Positions 11,315 through 21,906 are shown, counted from the first letter of the stretch. The stretch: 64,000 nt of DNA from an uncultured Planctomycetota bacterium (GCA_963719315.1 CAVRBU010000001.1:96001-160000), one strand, 5' to 3'. Numbers and translations: made by a program. The notes: generated by a model from the sequence alone, not told the origin.

Positions 11315-13498
11315 ATGAGCAACTCCTCGCAACTCGAATCCATCTTCTTCGCCGCGTTGGATAAACAATCGCCGGCCGAGCGTATGGCCTTCCTCGACCA
11401 AGCCTGTGCGGCCGATGTCGATCTGCGCCAGCGCGTCGAGCGGATGCTAGCCGCCCAAGCCGCCGCCGGCAGCTTTTTGGAACAACCGGCCATCGGCTCC
11501 GAAACGGACACCCGACACCCGATACCCGACACCTTGGCCGAAGGCCCGGGCACCGTCATCGGCCCGTACAAGCTGCTGCAACAAATCGGCGAAGGCGGCA
11601 TGGGCGTCGTCTTCATGGCCGAACAATCCGAGCCGCTGCAGCGGATGGTCGCTCTGAAGATCATCAAGCCCGGCATGGACACACGGCAGGTGATCGCCCG
11701 CTTCGAGGCCGAGCGGCAGGCGCTGGCGATGATGGACCACCCGAACATCGCCCGCGTGATCGACGCCGGAACGACGGGCGGAAAAGGGGACGGGAGTCTT
11801 TTGCAGGAACGGCCCGAAGGGAGCTTTGCTCAAAAGACTCCCGTCCCCTTTTTCGCTGGCCGTCCCTACTTCGTGATGGAGCTGGTAAAAGGCGTCCCTA
11901 TCACCGCCTACTGCGACCAGCAACACCTGCCGATCCGCCAGCGGCTGGAGCTGATGGTCGACGTTTGCCAGGCCGTCCAGCACGCCCACCAGAAAGGCAT
12001 CATCCACCGCGACTTGAAGCCCTCGAACGTGCTCGTGGCCGAGTACGACGGCCGGCCCGTTCCCAAAATCATCGACTTCGGCGTGGCCAAGGCCACGGAA
12101 AAACGACTGACCGAACGCACGATGTTCACCGAGTACGGCCAGCTCATCGGCACATTCGAATACATGAGCCCCGAGCAGGCGCGGTTCAACCAGCTCGATG
12201 TCGACACGCGCAGCGATATCTACTCGCTCGGCGTGCTGTTGTACGAACTGCTGGTCGGCAGCACTCCGTTAGAAAGGCAGCGCATTGAAACCGTCGCCTT
12301 CGAGGAAACTTTGCGGATTATCCGCGACGAAGACCCGCCCCGCCCAAGCACGCGCCTCAATTCGAGTGCGACGTTGCCAGCCATTGCGGAGCGCCGGCAA
12401 CTGGAACCATTGCGGCTCTCGCGGCTGTTACGTGGCGAGCTCGATTGGATGGTCATGAAGTGTTTGGAAAAGGACCGCAATCGCCGCTACGAGACGGTCG
12501 GCGCGCTGGCTGCCGACATCATGCATTATTTGAACGACGAGCCCGTAAGCGCCGCGGCTCCATCGCGACTCTATCGGACCAGCAAATTCATTCGGCGAAA
12601 CAAAGGGCTGGTCATTGCGTCGGCCGCCGTGCTGGCGGGATTGATAGCCGTTATCGTCGGCACGACGATTGGACTCGTCAGTCAATCGCGGCAGCGCGCA
12701 ATCGCCGAGCGGGAGCGAGCCGAGGCGCAACTCAACCTGGCGGACGCGCTGCAATCGCAATGGAAATACGCAGACGCTGAGGAACTCTATCGCAGAGCGC
12801 TCGAAAACGGCAGCCAGTCGACACCCGAAGACCGGCAGCAGGCGGCCCGCACGCTTCTGCGATTGGGCGGTGTGGTGCCAAGCGCCGGCGAACGGGAGCG
12901 CCTGTACCGACAGGCGCTCTCTGCCTATCGCGCCGCCTTTCCGCCCGGAGATCCAAATATCGCCCACGCGCTGACGATACTGGCGTTACTCCAGCGCGAG
13001 CAGCAGCGCTTCGCCGAGGATGAACCCATATTCCACGAAGCCTATGAAATTCTGCGGAAGGCGGAGCCGCCCGATCATTTTGCGATCGGTGCGAGCGCCG
13101 CGCATTATGGAAACGCGCTGTTCGTGCTCGACAGATATGCCGAGGCGGAGCCGCTACTTCGAGAATCGATCACCGAATACGAACGAGCGCCGTCGCACGA
13201 CCCGTATGCCATTGCCCTGGCCCGGCTGGAGCTCGGCCGAACGCTGGCTGCATTGAAACGCTTCCCCGAGGCGGAGTCGGAACTTCTCAAAACATGGGCC
13301 GTGCTCGGATCAACACGCGACTTCCATTACAGCGCACTCGCACTCGCCGGCATGTACACATCCTGGAATGACGCCGATCCGGGAAGGGGTTACGACGCGA
13401 AAGCCCAGGAATGTTTTCGTAATCTGATCAAGGATTTTGTCCGTCCGAAGAAGACGGCGACCAATCTAGACCAATCCGTTAAACCTACTCCGAAATAA
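11315..13498 (+). CDS. Ser/Thr protein kinase with TM helix and C-terminal TPR-like repeats
   Basis: GEGGMG, VALK, HRDLKPSN, DFG, YMSPEQ, DIYSLG; hydrophobic segment followed by TPR-like helices. Confidence 0.95.
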   Translation: MSNSSQLESIFFAALDKQSPAERMAFLDQACAADVDLRQRVERMLAAQAAAGSFLEQPAIGSETDTRHPIPDTLAEGPGTVIGPYKLLQQIGEGGMGVVFMAEQSEPLQRMVALKIIKPGMDTRQVIARFEAERQALAMMDHPNIARVIDAGTTGGKGDGSLLQERPEGSFAQKTPVPFFAGRPYFVMELVKGVPITAYCDQQHLPIRQRLELMVDVCQAVQHAHQKGIIHRDLKPSNVLVAEYDGRPVPKIIDFGVAKATEKRLTERTMFTEYGQLIGTFEYMSPEQARFNQLDVDTRSDIYSLGVLLYELLVGSTPLERQRIETVAFEETLRIIRDEDPPRPSTRLNSSATLPAIAERRQLEPLRLSRLLRGELDWMVMKCLEKDRNRRYETVGALAADIMHYLNDEPVSAAAPSRLYRTSKFIRRNKGLVIASAAVLAGLIAVIVGTTIGLVSQSRQRAIAERERAEAQLNLADALQSQWKYADAEELYRRALENGSQSTPEDRQQAARTLLRLGGVVPSAGERERLYRQALSAYRAAFPPGDPNIAHALTILALLQREQQRFAEDEPIFHEAYEILRKAEPPDHFAIGASAAHYGNALFVLDRYAEAEPLLRESITEYERAPSHDPYAIALARLELGRTLAALKRFPEAESELLKTWAVLGSTRDFHYSALALAGMYTSWNDADPGRGYDAKAQECFRNLIKDFVRPKKTATNLDQSVKPTPK
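11782..11852. repeat. Palindromic miniature element (22-bp perfect inverted repeats) inside the kinase CDS
   Basis: AAAAGGGGACGGGAGTCTTTTG (11782-11803) and CAAAAGACTCCCGTCCCCTTTT (11831-11852). Confidence 0.9.
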
Positions 13499-13522
13499 TC
13501 GGGCCGACCGGAGGACCTACAC

Positions 13523-16500
13523 ATGAAACGCGAGCGATTGCTACTCCGACGGAGGCATACAGCAGCGAGGTCGTTCACTGCCCGCCACCAACCGTGCCAT
13601 TTTCGCCGCTTGGGATTTGAGTGGCTCGAAGACAGGCGGATGCTTTCGACCATTCAATGGACCAACCGTAGTACATTCTCCGGCACGGATGACAATCGTT
13701 TCGACGACGTCTTCGGAGCAATGCAAAACCAAGCCATCGCGGTCGTAGACGCGGCCATCGCATCTTGGCAGCGAGTGATCGACAATTTTAACTACAGCGA
13801 CAATACGAACACCTACAACATTACGGTGAGAATGTATCCGTCCGCTGCAGGCAGCGGCGCCGGGGCCGTCGGCGCCAAGGCCCCGCCAGACGAAATCTCT
13901 TTCTTGGATGGCAAGCCGAAAAGCGAGAATATTTACATTGGCTGGCGTTCCGGCATTACTGCCACGGCGACCAGCGCGGCCGGATGGTACCTCGATTTGA
14001 CGCCAATGGACAACAGCGAATTCACGACCGTCAGCAACGTCGCTGCAACTCAAACGAACGCGTTTTTCGGCGAGCCAGCGGCCGCGCTTGGCGGCGTCGA
14101 TTTATTCACCGCAATGCAACATGAGTTGGCGCATGCGATGGGTCTATCATCGAACGACACGATCAACGCGTTCGCGACGGACACTGCAGTAACCGACACA
14201 ATTAACATGCCGGCCAGCTTGCCAGCGTCGACTTACTACCGTTTTGACAGCGACCACGTACATAACCTTTGGACAAGCTGGGACTCCGGAGGAACGCCGG
14301 GCACCGGTACGAACACCAACGGCGCCGATCACTTTGCCAATGCCGGATCCCAGGTGACGCAAGCCGGACGTACCTATAACGGTGCAAATGCTCTTATGAA
14401 CGCCTCCTATACCTTCGACTGCCGCGGCATCATCGACGACAATCTCGCCTTGATGCTGCAAGACGCCTACCACTACGACATCACGCTGCCATCATTCTTC
14501 GGAACGTTCTACGATCATCTCGACACCGACGGTAAGCTCGTGATCAATACACCGGGCGATGGCGACGATTATGTAAAATTGGACGTGCTTGACGACAGCC
14601 TATTCGTCACGATGACAATCGGCGCACCGATTCCCGGCATCGATCCGACAACAGAGTATACGAGCAGCTTTCCACTCAGTTCGATCACGTCTATCAGCAT
14701 CAACACCAACGGCGGAGATGACGTCATCTCGCTCTTTCCGCTGAGTGCGTCGATTCCAGTCTCTGTCGTCGCAGGTATCGGCGATGATACGCTCGAAATC
14801 TACGGCACCATTGGCAACGACATTTTCATCGTCAACACGAGTGACCTGAGCAGCGCCGGCCTCAACGTCGTTAGCTATGCTAGCTCTGAGACGCTGTCTT
14901 TCTTTCAGCGAGGCGGTACTGACGACTTCACGATGTTTTCAAGAGCACACGAAACGGTGTGGGTCAATTTTTATGGCAGCGGCTTCAACGAGGCTCTTAA
15001 TATTCATCAACTGCAGGCCGGTCTGGCCGGCTCTGCAGTGTTCAATTTGGGCGGCACGCCGATCGTCAACCTTGGCGACGCCACGGTCGGCATGCAGTTG
15101 ATTCAGAGCGACGTGCAAATTACAAACGACAGCGGCCAGACGCTCGTCAACATCAACGACGCTCCTGATACGACTTCACGGACGGTCACCATTGATCAGA
15201 TCTTCACTAGCTTGGGCCTTGTCCGCGGCCTGGCACCCGCCGACATCACCTGGGACCAATCTGCCGTCGGAGAAGTCAATATCACGACGGGCACCGGAAA
15301 CGACACAATCGATCTACTGCGCACTGGAAATGCGATCCAGTTTCATAACGCCGGCGGCCGCGATACGCTCACGATCGGCAACAGCACCAACGGTGTGCAA
15401 TCGATCACCGGTGCAGTAACGGTCGGCCCAAATTCAGGATTGGTCTTCACCGACGTTGTCTTTAACGACACCGCAGACACGATCGGCCGCAGTGTCCTTT
15501 GGGCGCCGGTAGTACAGGGCGGCAGCACCATTGGCTACGAGATTAGTGGCCTGACGCCGGGCCTGTTTTACTACGACTACCAGAGCGTAGTGTATCTGAA
15601 CGTTCTGGGCGGCTCGGGCGACGACCTTTACGTTTTCTTCGGCTTCGATGACGACTGGGCACAAACCGTGATCGACGGCGGCCTGGGTTTCAACTCGCTT
15701 GTTGTAAACGACCGCTTCGCGGTTTGGTCGCCTGATGTCGCCGATCTGTATCCCGGCAGCATCCACCGTGGCATCGGGCTGGCGGTCGGCGTTCAGGATA
15801 TTTTCTTCTCTAACATCCAGTCTCCAAGCTATTACGCCAAGAACTCGACCACCTCGATCAACGTGTACGGCGTGTCCAGCAGTGTTCCCGCCGGACAGCA
15901 ATTGACCGTCTTCAGCGGCTCCGGCGACGACACGCTGACGATTTATCCCCACGACCAGTTTGGTAATTTGACCATCAGTGGGAATTTCGGCTACAGCGGC
16001 GGACTCGGTCACGACACGGCGCAGATTGACGACTCGCTAGCGGCGCCTGCGATCACATACGTGTTTGAGAATCTTTTTGGTCCCGACACGACAAACATTG
16101 CCGGCATGGGCTCCGCCGGCTTTGGCGCTGCCAGCGACGTGGAACAGCTTTCGGTATACGGCGGCTATGGCAGCGACACATTTCGCATCGAGAGTTACCA
16201 AAGCTCGACCACGGCGCTGAGTATCTTCGCCGGCCAGGGACTCGACACGTTCAACATTTCGCCGACTGTCAAGGACGTTGCCGCGAGCATCAACAGCGCG
16301 GCAACGTTTTATTTCGATGGCGGCGAAAATGCCGACTTGTTTCAGATTGATAACGGGAACTCAACCAGCGCTTGGAACTACAACCGCAACGGCGACAGCC
16401 TGACTCTGGATCGCCAGGGGGCGCCTTATTTGCTGGCCCTCAACCCAGTGAATTGCGACTTCGTTTTCGTATTCAGTGGCGCAGGAAGCGATATCATGCA

Positions 16501-17995
16501 ACTCGATGCCGATCCGAACTCGGCATTCGTATTCCAGGGTGGAGGAGGCTACGACGGAATGCTTATGGGCGTGGCGACTGGAACCGTGGACAACATTCGT
16601 ACGAACACGGTGTTCGACGCCGGCGATGACGGAGGTTATTTGAACATTTTCGACTTCGCCGATACTACCGGCGATGTCGTCCACGTTTTTGATACCCCAT
16701 CGGGTGATGGACTAATTGGCGGATCGGCGGGAGACAATCTCTTCGGCCCAGGCGGCTTCGTGCGCTTCCGAAATCTGTCCAACGACGTTGATGGCTACGG
16801 CCTGAAACTCTATCTCGGCTCTGGCATCGACACGGTGTACGCTCTGCCGCTGGCGACGGCCGGGGTTTTCGTCGATGCGGGTGGTCCCGGTTCAGGTTCC
16901 GGCGCGGCACAGTTAGCGGCAAGCCCAGCCTCTGGCGCTAGCGAGGGTGACGTACTCAATCTGGGCCTAGCAACAGCCAACAATTACGTGGTGCAAAATA
17001 CGGGAGGCGGATCGGGAAATGTCACTAGCACCAACAAGCAAATTGTCAGTTGGTCGAGCATCGAACAACCCGTGGCGGTGGACGATGTCGCGCCCTACAC
17101 GGTGTCGCAGCAATATATTGCGTCGCCGGTTTCCGAGATTGACCTCGTACTCAGTGAAGATGTGGGAGCGAGCATTGCCCTGGGCAGTTTGTACCTTGTG
17201 AATGACACGATTGGTCAGCAGGTGCCGGTTGTATATCGAGCGCTCGATTACGACGCCGGCACCAAGATGGCTCGATTCACGTTTCCCGGTTACCCAGGCG
17301 GGCGTCTGCCGCCAGGACATTACACGGCCGGCACGGACCCGGGTTTGGCGGATGCGTTCGGCAACTTGATTGGCACGCTCCAGACTTTTACATTCACCAT
17401 CGCCAGTCTTCCGGGCGACTACGACGGCAATGGCAGCGTCCAGCAGGCAGACTACGACGTGTGGAGATCCCATTTCGGCCAGGCGGCCATCCCGTTCACA
17501 TCCGCTGACGGCAACGGCAATGGAGTTGTCGATTCGGCCGACTATATCATCTGGCGAAAAAATCTCGGAGCGACATTGCCAGAAAGCGGCAGTGGTACGA
17601 CCGCGGTTAGCGCCGCTTCTGAATCAATTGCTCCCCCAAAGAATGGCCAAACTGAGGCGCCTGCAGAGAGCACTCCGGCAAGCAAATCGCTCGCCATCAC
17701 CGAGCTGTTTGATATCAATCGTTCGCGAGTTGAAACAAGTCATGCACGTCGTTTGCACGTATCAAGCGCGAAACTTGCCAATGCATCCCGATTGAACGGA
17801 CTTCTCGCGATATCCGTATCACCGAGCACAAATAGGCGGGGCCGCCTCGAGATCGATGGAGGTGGTGACATTCTCGAATGCCTCACGGAGGCCACGTCTC
17901 CGACTAATTTCGATGTGATCGATATGGCACTGGACCTGATGCATGAAAGCATGCGCGAGACCTCGCCCGCGGCAACTTCGTTGCGACTCGGCTAG
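13523..17995 (+). CDS. Large secreted protein: planctomycete extracellular leader, HEXXH zinc-protease motif, glycine-rich beta repeats, dockerin-like domain
   Basis: RRLGFEWLEDRRMLS; QHELAHAMG; GGGDD-type repeats; GDYDGNGSV..DYDVWRSHFG..DGNGNGVVD. Confidence 0.8.
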   Translation: MKRERLLLRRRHTAARSFTARHQPCHFRRLGFEWLEDRRMLSTIQWTNRSTFSGTDDNRFDDVFGAMQNQAIAVVDAAIASWQRVIDNFNYSDNTNTYNITVRMYPSAAGSGAGAVGAKAPPDEISFLDGKPKSENIYIGWRSGITATATSAAGWYLDLTPMDNSEFTTVSNVAATQTNAFFGEPAAALGGVDLFTAMQHELAHAMGLSSNDTINAFATDTAVTDTINMPASLPASTYYRFDSDHVHNLWTSWDSGGTPGTGTNTNGADHFANAGSQVTQAGRTYNGANALMNASYTFDCRGIIDDNLALMLQDAYHYDITLPSFFGTFYDHLDTDGKLVINTPGDGDDYVKLDVLDDSLFVTMTIGAPIPGIDPTTEYTSSFPLSSITSISINTNGGDDVISLFPLSASIPVSVVAGIGDDTLEIYGTIGNDIFIVNTSDLSSAGLNVVSYASSETLSFFQRGGTDDFTMFSRAHETVWVNFYGSGFNEALNIHQLQAGLAGSAVFNLGGTPIVNLGDATVGMQLIQSDVQITNDSGQTLVNINDAPDTTSRTVTIDQIFTSLGLVRGLAPADITWDQSAVGEVNITTGTGNDTIDLLRTGNAIQFHNAGGRDTLTIGNSTNGVQSITGAVTVGPNSGLVFTDVVFNDTADTIGRSVLWAPVVQGGSTIGYEISGLTPGLFYYDYQSVVYLNVLGGSGDDLYVFFGFDDDWAQTVIDGGLGFNSLVVNDRFAVWSPDVADLYPGSIHRGIGLAVGVQDIFFSNIQSPSYYAKNSTTSINVYGVSSSVPAGQQLTVFSGSGDDTLTIYPHDQFGNLTISGNFGYSGGLGHDTAQIDDSLAAPAITYVFENLFGPDTTNIAGMGSAGFGAASDVEQLSVYGGYGSDTFRIESYQSSTTALSIFAGQGLDTFNISPTVKDVAASINSAATFYFDGGENADLFQIDNGNSTSAWNYNRNGDSLTLDRQGAPYLLALNPVNCDFVFVFSGAGSDIMQLDADPNSAFVFQGGGGYDGMLMGVATGTVDNIRTNTVFDAGDDGGYLNIFDFADTTGDVVHVFDTPSGDGLIGGSAGDNLFGPGGFVRFRNLSNDVDGYGLKLYLGSGIDTVYALPLATAGVFVDAGGPGSGSGAAQLAASPASGASEGDVLNLGLATANNYVVQNTGGGSGNVTSTNKQIVSWSSIEQPVAVDDVAPYTVSQQYIASPVSEIDLVLSEDVGASIALGSLYLVNDTIGQQVPVVYRALDYDAGTKMARFTFPGYPGGRLPPGHYTAGTDPGLADAFGNLIGTLQTFTFTIASLPGDYDGNGSVQQADYDVWRSHFGQAAIPFTSADGNGNGVVDSADYIIWRKNLGATLPESGSGTTAVSAASESIAPPKNGQTEAPAESTPASKSLAITELFDINRSRVETSHARRLHVSSAKLANASRLNGLLAISVSPSTNRRGRLEIDGGGDILECLTEATSPTNFDVIDMALDLMHESMRETSPAATSLRLG

Positions 17996-18022
17996 GGCGT
18001 TCCATGATTTGGAGGCGTTTCC

Positions 18023-21000
18023 ATGTTTCTCCACAAGAGCTTGTCCGTCGGCTGCCTGGCACTCTTGCTAGTAGCGTCACCATCAGTCCGGGCGATCGAT
18101 TTCGTCTTTTTTTACGACGATCCCGCTGACACAGGATTCTTAGATCCTGACTTAGGCCAACAGCGCCGCGACGCGATGGAGTATGCAGGCAACATCTGGG
18201 GAAGACTAATTCGACCTACTAGTGTCGGCGAAACGATCACGGTGCATGCTCAGTTCGCTACGTACGCGCCGGGCAACTCGGTCCTTGCCGCTGCCAAGCC
18301 GCATTTCTTTTATAGCGACTTCGGCAGTTCCAGCCCGGCATACGTGCCGAACGTGAATTATCCCAAGGCGTTGGCCGATCACTTGCACGGAGCCGACCTT
18401 AACTCCACTCGGTACGACATCGAGGTGAAAGTCAATGCTGAGCGAGATTTCTATTGGGGCACCGACGGCATGCCGCCAGAAAGTCAGTACGATTTCGTCA
18501 GCACCGCGCTTCACGAGTTGGCGCACGGTATGGGGTTTTTCGATTCACTGCACCAAAATGGTGATTACGGGATTTATGGCGACGGCACTCATGACGCAAT
18601 CTGCGGCGGCTGCCTCGCCACGCCGTACGATCGTTTTCTCACTCTCGGCCCTGGCAGCGCTGTGCCGCTACTCAGCCTTTCCGAAAACGGCCGCGCAAAT
18701 GCCTTGATCAGCGACAATGTTTTCTGGAACGGCACGTATGGAATCCAGGGCAACGGCTGGATGCCGCCCAAAATCTATTCACCCACTACCTACGAAACAG
18801 GTTCTAGCACCAGCCACCTCGACGATCCCACATTTCCAAACGATCTCATGATTTCGGCCATCTCTAGGGGGAAGGTACGTCTTCCCAGCGCAATGGATCG
18901 AGGCATCCTCCGCGACATGGGCTGGGATATCTCGGTTGTCTCTCAAGAAGTCTTTTGGACCGCCGACGGCGCCAACAATAGCGCCAGCACGGCAAATAAC
19001 TGGGGGCCGGCCATGCCCTTGCCTGGCGATAGTCTGGGCTTCGGCAGCGGCGGCTCCGAATTCACGGATGTCAACATGGACCTCACTCTTTATTCCGTTG
19101 GAGCACTTCTCTTTGATAACAGTGCGCCAGCCTACACGCTCCATTTTCGAGAGTTTACCGATACGGATTTCACCGATGCCGGTGTGGTCAACGATTCGGC
19201 GCAACTGCAAACATTCATCTTGGAGGAGGGTGATCACGGCGCGAAGATGGCGTTCAAGAACGGTGCTTCAGCGGCCAACGCGGCTTATGAGCTGCAGGGT
19301 GGCACGACAGGAATCGGTGGTGGGCCGCCGCCAATGAATCCTTATTACTACATCCGAACCAACGGCGCTCACGTTTCATTCGACGACACCGCCACGGCAG
19401 ATCATGCCACGTTCAACATTGAGGGCGGTGCCGGTAACGGCGGCAATCACGCGACCGTCGAGTTCAAAGGCAGCTCCACGGCCGGTGCCGCCGCATTCTC
19501 AAATGCGGGCGGCCGAAAGGGTCTAAGCTTGCCGATCGGCACCACCCAAGCCGGTTTCGGCGGGCAAACCGTCTTCAAGGAAAGCTCTGTGGCCGGCACG
19601 GCCCATTTCCAAAACGGCGGCGTGCAGGATGATGTCCTCGGCAGCGGTGGCTACACGACGTTTGCCGACAGCTCGAGCGCCGATCATGCCACCATCGAAA
19701 ACCTCGGCTCGCCCTACAGTCAGGGAGAAAGTGGTGTCACCGAGTTCACCGATACCTCGACGGCCGATTCCGCCAACATTACGAACTATCCGAGCGCCGT
19801 CTCGATCGCCTCGACGACCCCTGCCGGCCGCACATCGTTTTTTGACGCGGCCTCCGCCTCCAATGGCACCTTCACGAACAAGGGTGGCTCGGGCTCCGAT
19901 GCCAAGGGCGGCGTCACGTCGTTCTACGACCAATCCACCGCCGGCAACGGCATGTTTATTAATGAGGGCAGCGTGTACGGCAACATCCCCTATGCAGGCG
20001 GCACCTATTTTCACGACAATTCGACGGCCGGGACAGCTACTTTTCGGAATCAGACTAGGGGCGGCGTAACCGCGTTCTTCAATAGCTCTTCGGCCGACCA
20101 AGGTACTTTCATCATCGAGGCAGCCACGGCGGAATTCAGGACCGGCCGGGTTTTCTTCCACGACAATTCCAAAGCAGGCACCGCTCATTTCATTGCCGAG
20201 CCATTGGCCTATCAAGGCTATTTCCTTTTCTACGAGAACTCAAACGCCGAGAACGGGGATTTTACGCTTCCCGACAACTCCCAAGCCCGCATTCAGTTCG
20301 CCGATTCTTCCGGTGCCGACGCGGCGAACTTCGATATCGGGGCCACCGGCTGGTTGCAGGCATTCGGTTCGAACAACATGGGAAGCTCGACCATCCGATG
20401 CCGCCCAGGCAGCATTTGCCAATTCAGCGGCGTGAGCTTGTCCCCAACCCCGACCACCACGCTCGGAAACGCAATGATCACCGTTGACGGCGCCAGCGCG
20501 GCGGCCGCGGCCGCAGTGCTTACTGTTGGATTCAATGCCACCGCAGCGAACGCGACGATTACGACGAAAGGCGGCGCAGTTTCCGGTGCGCTCGGCGCAC
20601 ACACCACGTTCAGCGCCGGGCAGCTTGGCAACGCAACTCTGATCACCGAAAGTGGTGCGGTCGCGGGCGCTCAGGGAGGCTTTACGATCCTCATCCAGGG
20701 TGCAAACTCCGACAACGCTCGCGCTATCACCGAGGCCGGTGCCACATTCGACGTTTCCGGCAATAGGAACTACGGCGTGACGAACATCGGTTCAATCGAA
20801 GGGGCCGGCACGTATCATCTGAGCGGCGCCGAGTTGCAAACCGGCAGCCTCAATCTCAACACCATCGTATCCGGCCCGATCATCGACCTCTCGAACGTGA
20901 GCCTCGGCGGCAAACTTACCAAAGTTGGCACCGGCCAACTCACGCTCTCCGGCACGAATACCTACACCGGCTTGACGAAAGTCGACGGCGGCACGCTCGC

Positions 21001-21742
21001 CATCAATGGTTCAAACGTCGGCAACGTCACCGTGAACGCCGGCGCCGCACTCAGGGGTACCGGCACCATTGGCGGCGTGGTCACCGTCAACCCCGGTGGC
21101 ACATTTGCCCCCGGAACTTCGCCCGGAACGATGACGGTCCACTCCCTGACGTTAATGCCCGGCAGCACGCTCGATTACGAGATCGGCGCCACGAGCGACC
21201 ACATTGTCCTCACCAACAACGGCGCCATTTCGTTGGGCGGCACGCTCAACATCTCGCTCGTCGGAGGTTTCACGCCGTCGCTCGGCCAATCATTCCAATT
21301 GTTTGACGGCGCCGTCGGATCCATCACTGGCGCGTTCGACGCGATCATAGCCCCCACGTTCAACGGCCTTACGTTCAATGTAGCTCAGAGTCCAAGTTCG
21401 ATACTTTTGCAAGTCGGAAATGCACCCTATCTGGCCGGTGACTACAACGGAAACGGCGCCGTTGACGCAGCCGATTACGTCCTGTGGCGTCACAACCTTG
21501 GCTCCGGCACGTCGCTGCTGAACGACGACACCCCCGGCGTCGGCCAAGACGACTACACGCGCTGGCGCACCCACTTCGGCCAAACCGCCGGCTCCGGTTC
21601 GGGTGCCACTGGCGGGGTACCCTCTGGGTCCAGTGCCTCAAACGCCATTCCCGAGCCAGGATCGCTCGTATTAGTTCTGCCTGCCATTCTGGGGTTGTTC
21701 ACGATTCCCCGCGGCCGAGCGCCGGCCAAAAATCGAATCTAG
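18023..21742 (+). CDS. Secreted PEP-CTERM protein with HEXXH metalloprotease domain, beta-helix/autotransporter-associated repeats and dockerin-like domain
   Basis: Signal peptide; LHELAHGMGF; LTKVGTGQLTLSGTNTYTGLT; GDYNGNGAVDAADYVLWR; IPEPGS + TM + basic tail. Confidence 0.85.
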   Translation: MFLHKSLSVGCLALLLVASPSVRAIDFVFFYDDPADTGFLDPDLGQQRRDAMEYAGNIWGRLIRPTSVGETITVHAQFATYAPGNSVLAAAKPHFFYSDFGSSSPAYVPNVNYPKALADHLHGADLNSTRYDIEVKVNAERDFYWGTDGMPPESQYDFVSTALHELAHGMGFFDSLHQNGDYGIYGDGTHDAICGGCLATPYDRFLTLGPGSAVPLLSLSENGRANALISDNVFWNGTYGIQGNGWMPPKIYSPTTYETGSSTSHLDDPTFPNDLMISAISRGKVRLPSAMDRGILRDMGWDISVVSQEVFWTADGANNSASTANNWGPAMPLPGDSLGFGSGGSEFTDVNMDLTLYSVGALLFDNSAPAYTLHFREFTDTDFTDAGVVNDSAQLQTFILEEGDHGAKMAFKNGASAANAAYELQGGTTGIGGGPPPMNPYYYIRTNGAHVSFDDTATADHATFNIEGGAGNGGNHATVEFKGSSTAGAAAFSNAGGRKGLSLPIGTTQAGFGGQTVFKESSVAGTAHFQNGGVQDDVLGSGGYTTFADSSSADHATIENLGSPYSQGESGVTEFTDTSTADSANITNYPSAVSIASTTPAGRTSFFDAASASNGTFTNKGGSGSDAKGGVTSFYDQSTAGNGMFINEGSVYGNIPYAGGTYFHDNSTAGTATFRNQTRGGVTAFFNSSSADQGTFIIEAATAEFRTGRVFFHDNSKAGTAHFIAEPLAYQGYFLFYENSNAENGDFTLPDNSQARIQFADSSGADAANFDIGATGWLQAFGSNNMGSSTIRCRPGSICQFSGVSLSPTPTTTLGNAMITVDGASAAAAAAVLTVGFNATAANATITTKGGAVSGALGAHTTFSAGQLGNATLITESGAVAGAQGGFTILIQGANSDNARAITEAGATFDVSGNRNYGVTNIGSIEGAGTYHLSGAELQTGSLNLNTIVSGPIIDLSNVSLGGKLTKVGTGQLTLSGTNTYTGLTKVDGGTLAINGSNVGNVTVNAGAALRGTGTIGGVVTVNPGGTFAPGTSPGTMTVHSLTLMPGSTLDYEIGATSDHIVLTNNGAISLGGTLNISLVGGFTPSLGQSFQLFDGAVGSITGAFDAIIAPTFNGLTFNVAQSPSSILLQVGNAPYLAGDYNGNGAVDAADYVLWRHNLGSGTSLLNDDTPGVGQDDYTRWRTHFGQTAGSGSGATGGVPSGSSASNAIPEPGSLVLVLPAILGLFTIPRGRAPAKNRI

Positions 21743-21821
21743 AAATCCACGCCCAATCTGCTACATTCGATCTCCGCGCCGAAAATCCCGGCGCTCGCTC
21801 TTTGGCAACCAGGAGTAACCA

Positions 21822-21906
21822 GTAGGTCCCGCTTGCCGAGCGGGACCTCAGCGGCTGTGCGCGCGCTCCACCCGCACGGAGGTCCCTTCCGGCAGAAGGG
21901 ACCTAC
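21822..21906. repeat. GTAG-type REP doublet (REPIN-like), copy 1
   Basis: GTAGGTCCCGCTTGCCGAGCGGGACCT ... AGGTCCCTTCCGGCAGAAGGGACCTAC; second copy at 48622-48706. Confidence 0.85.
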
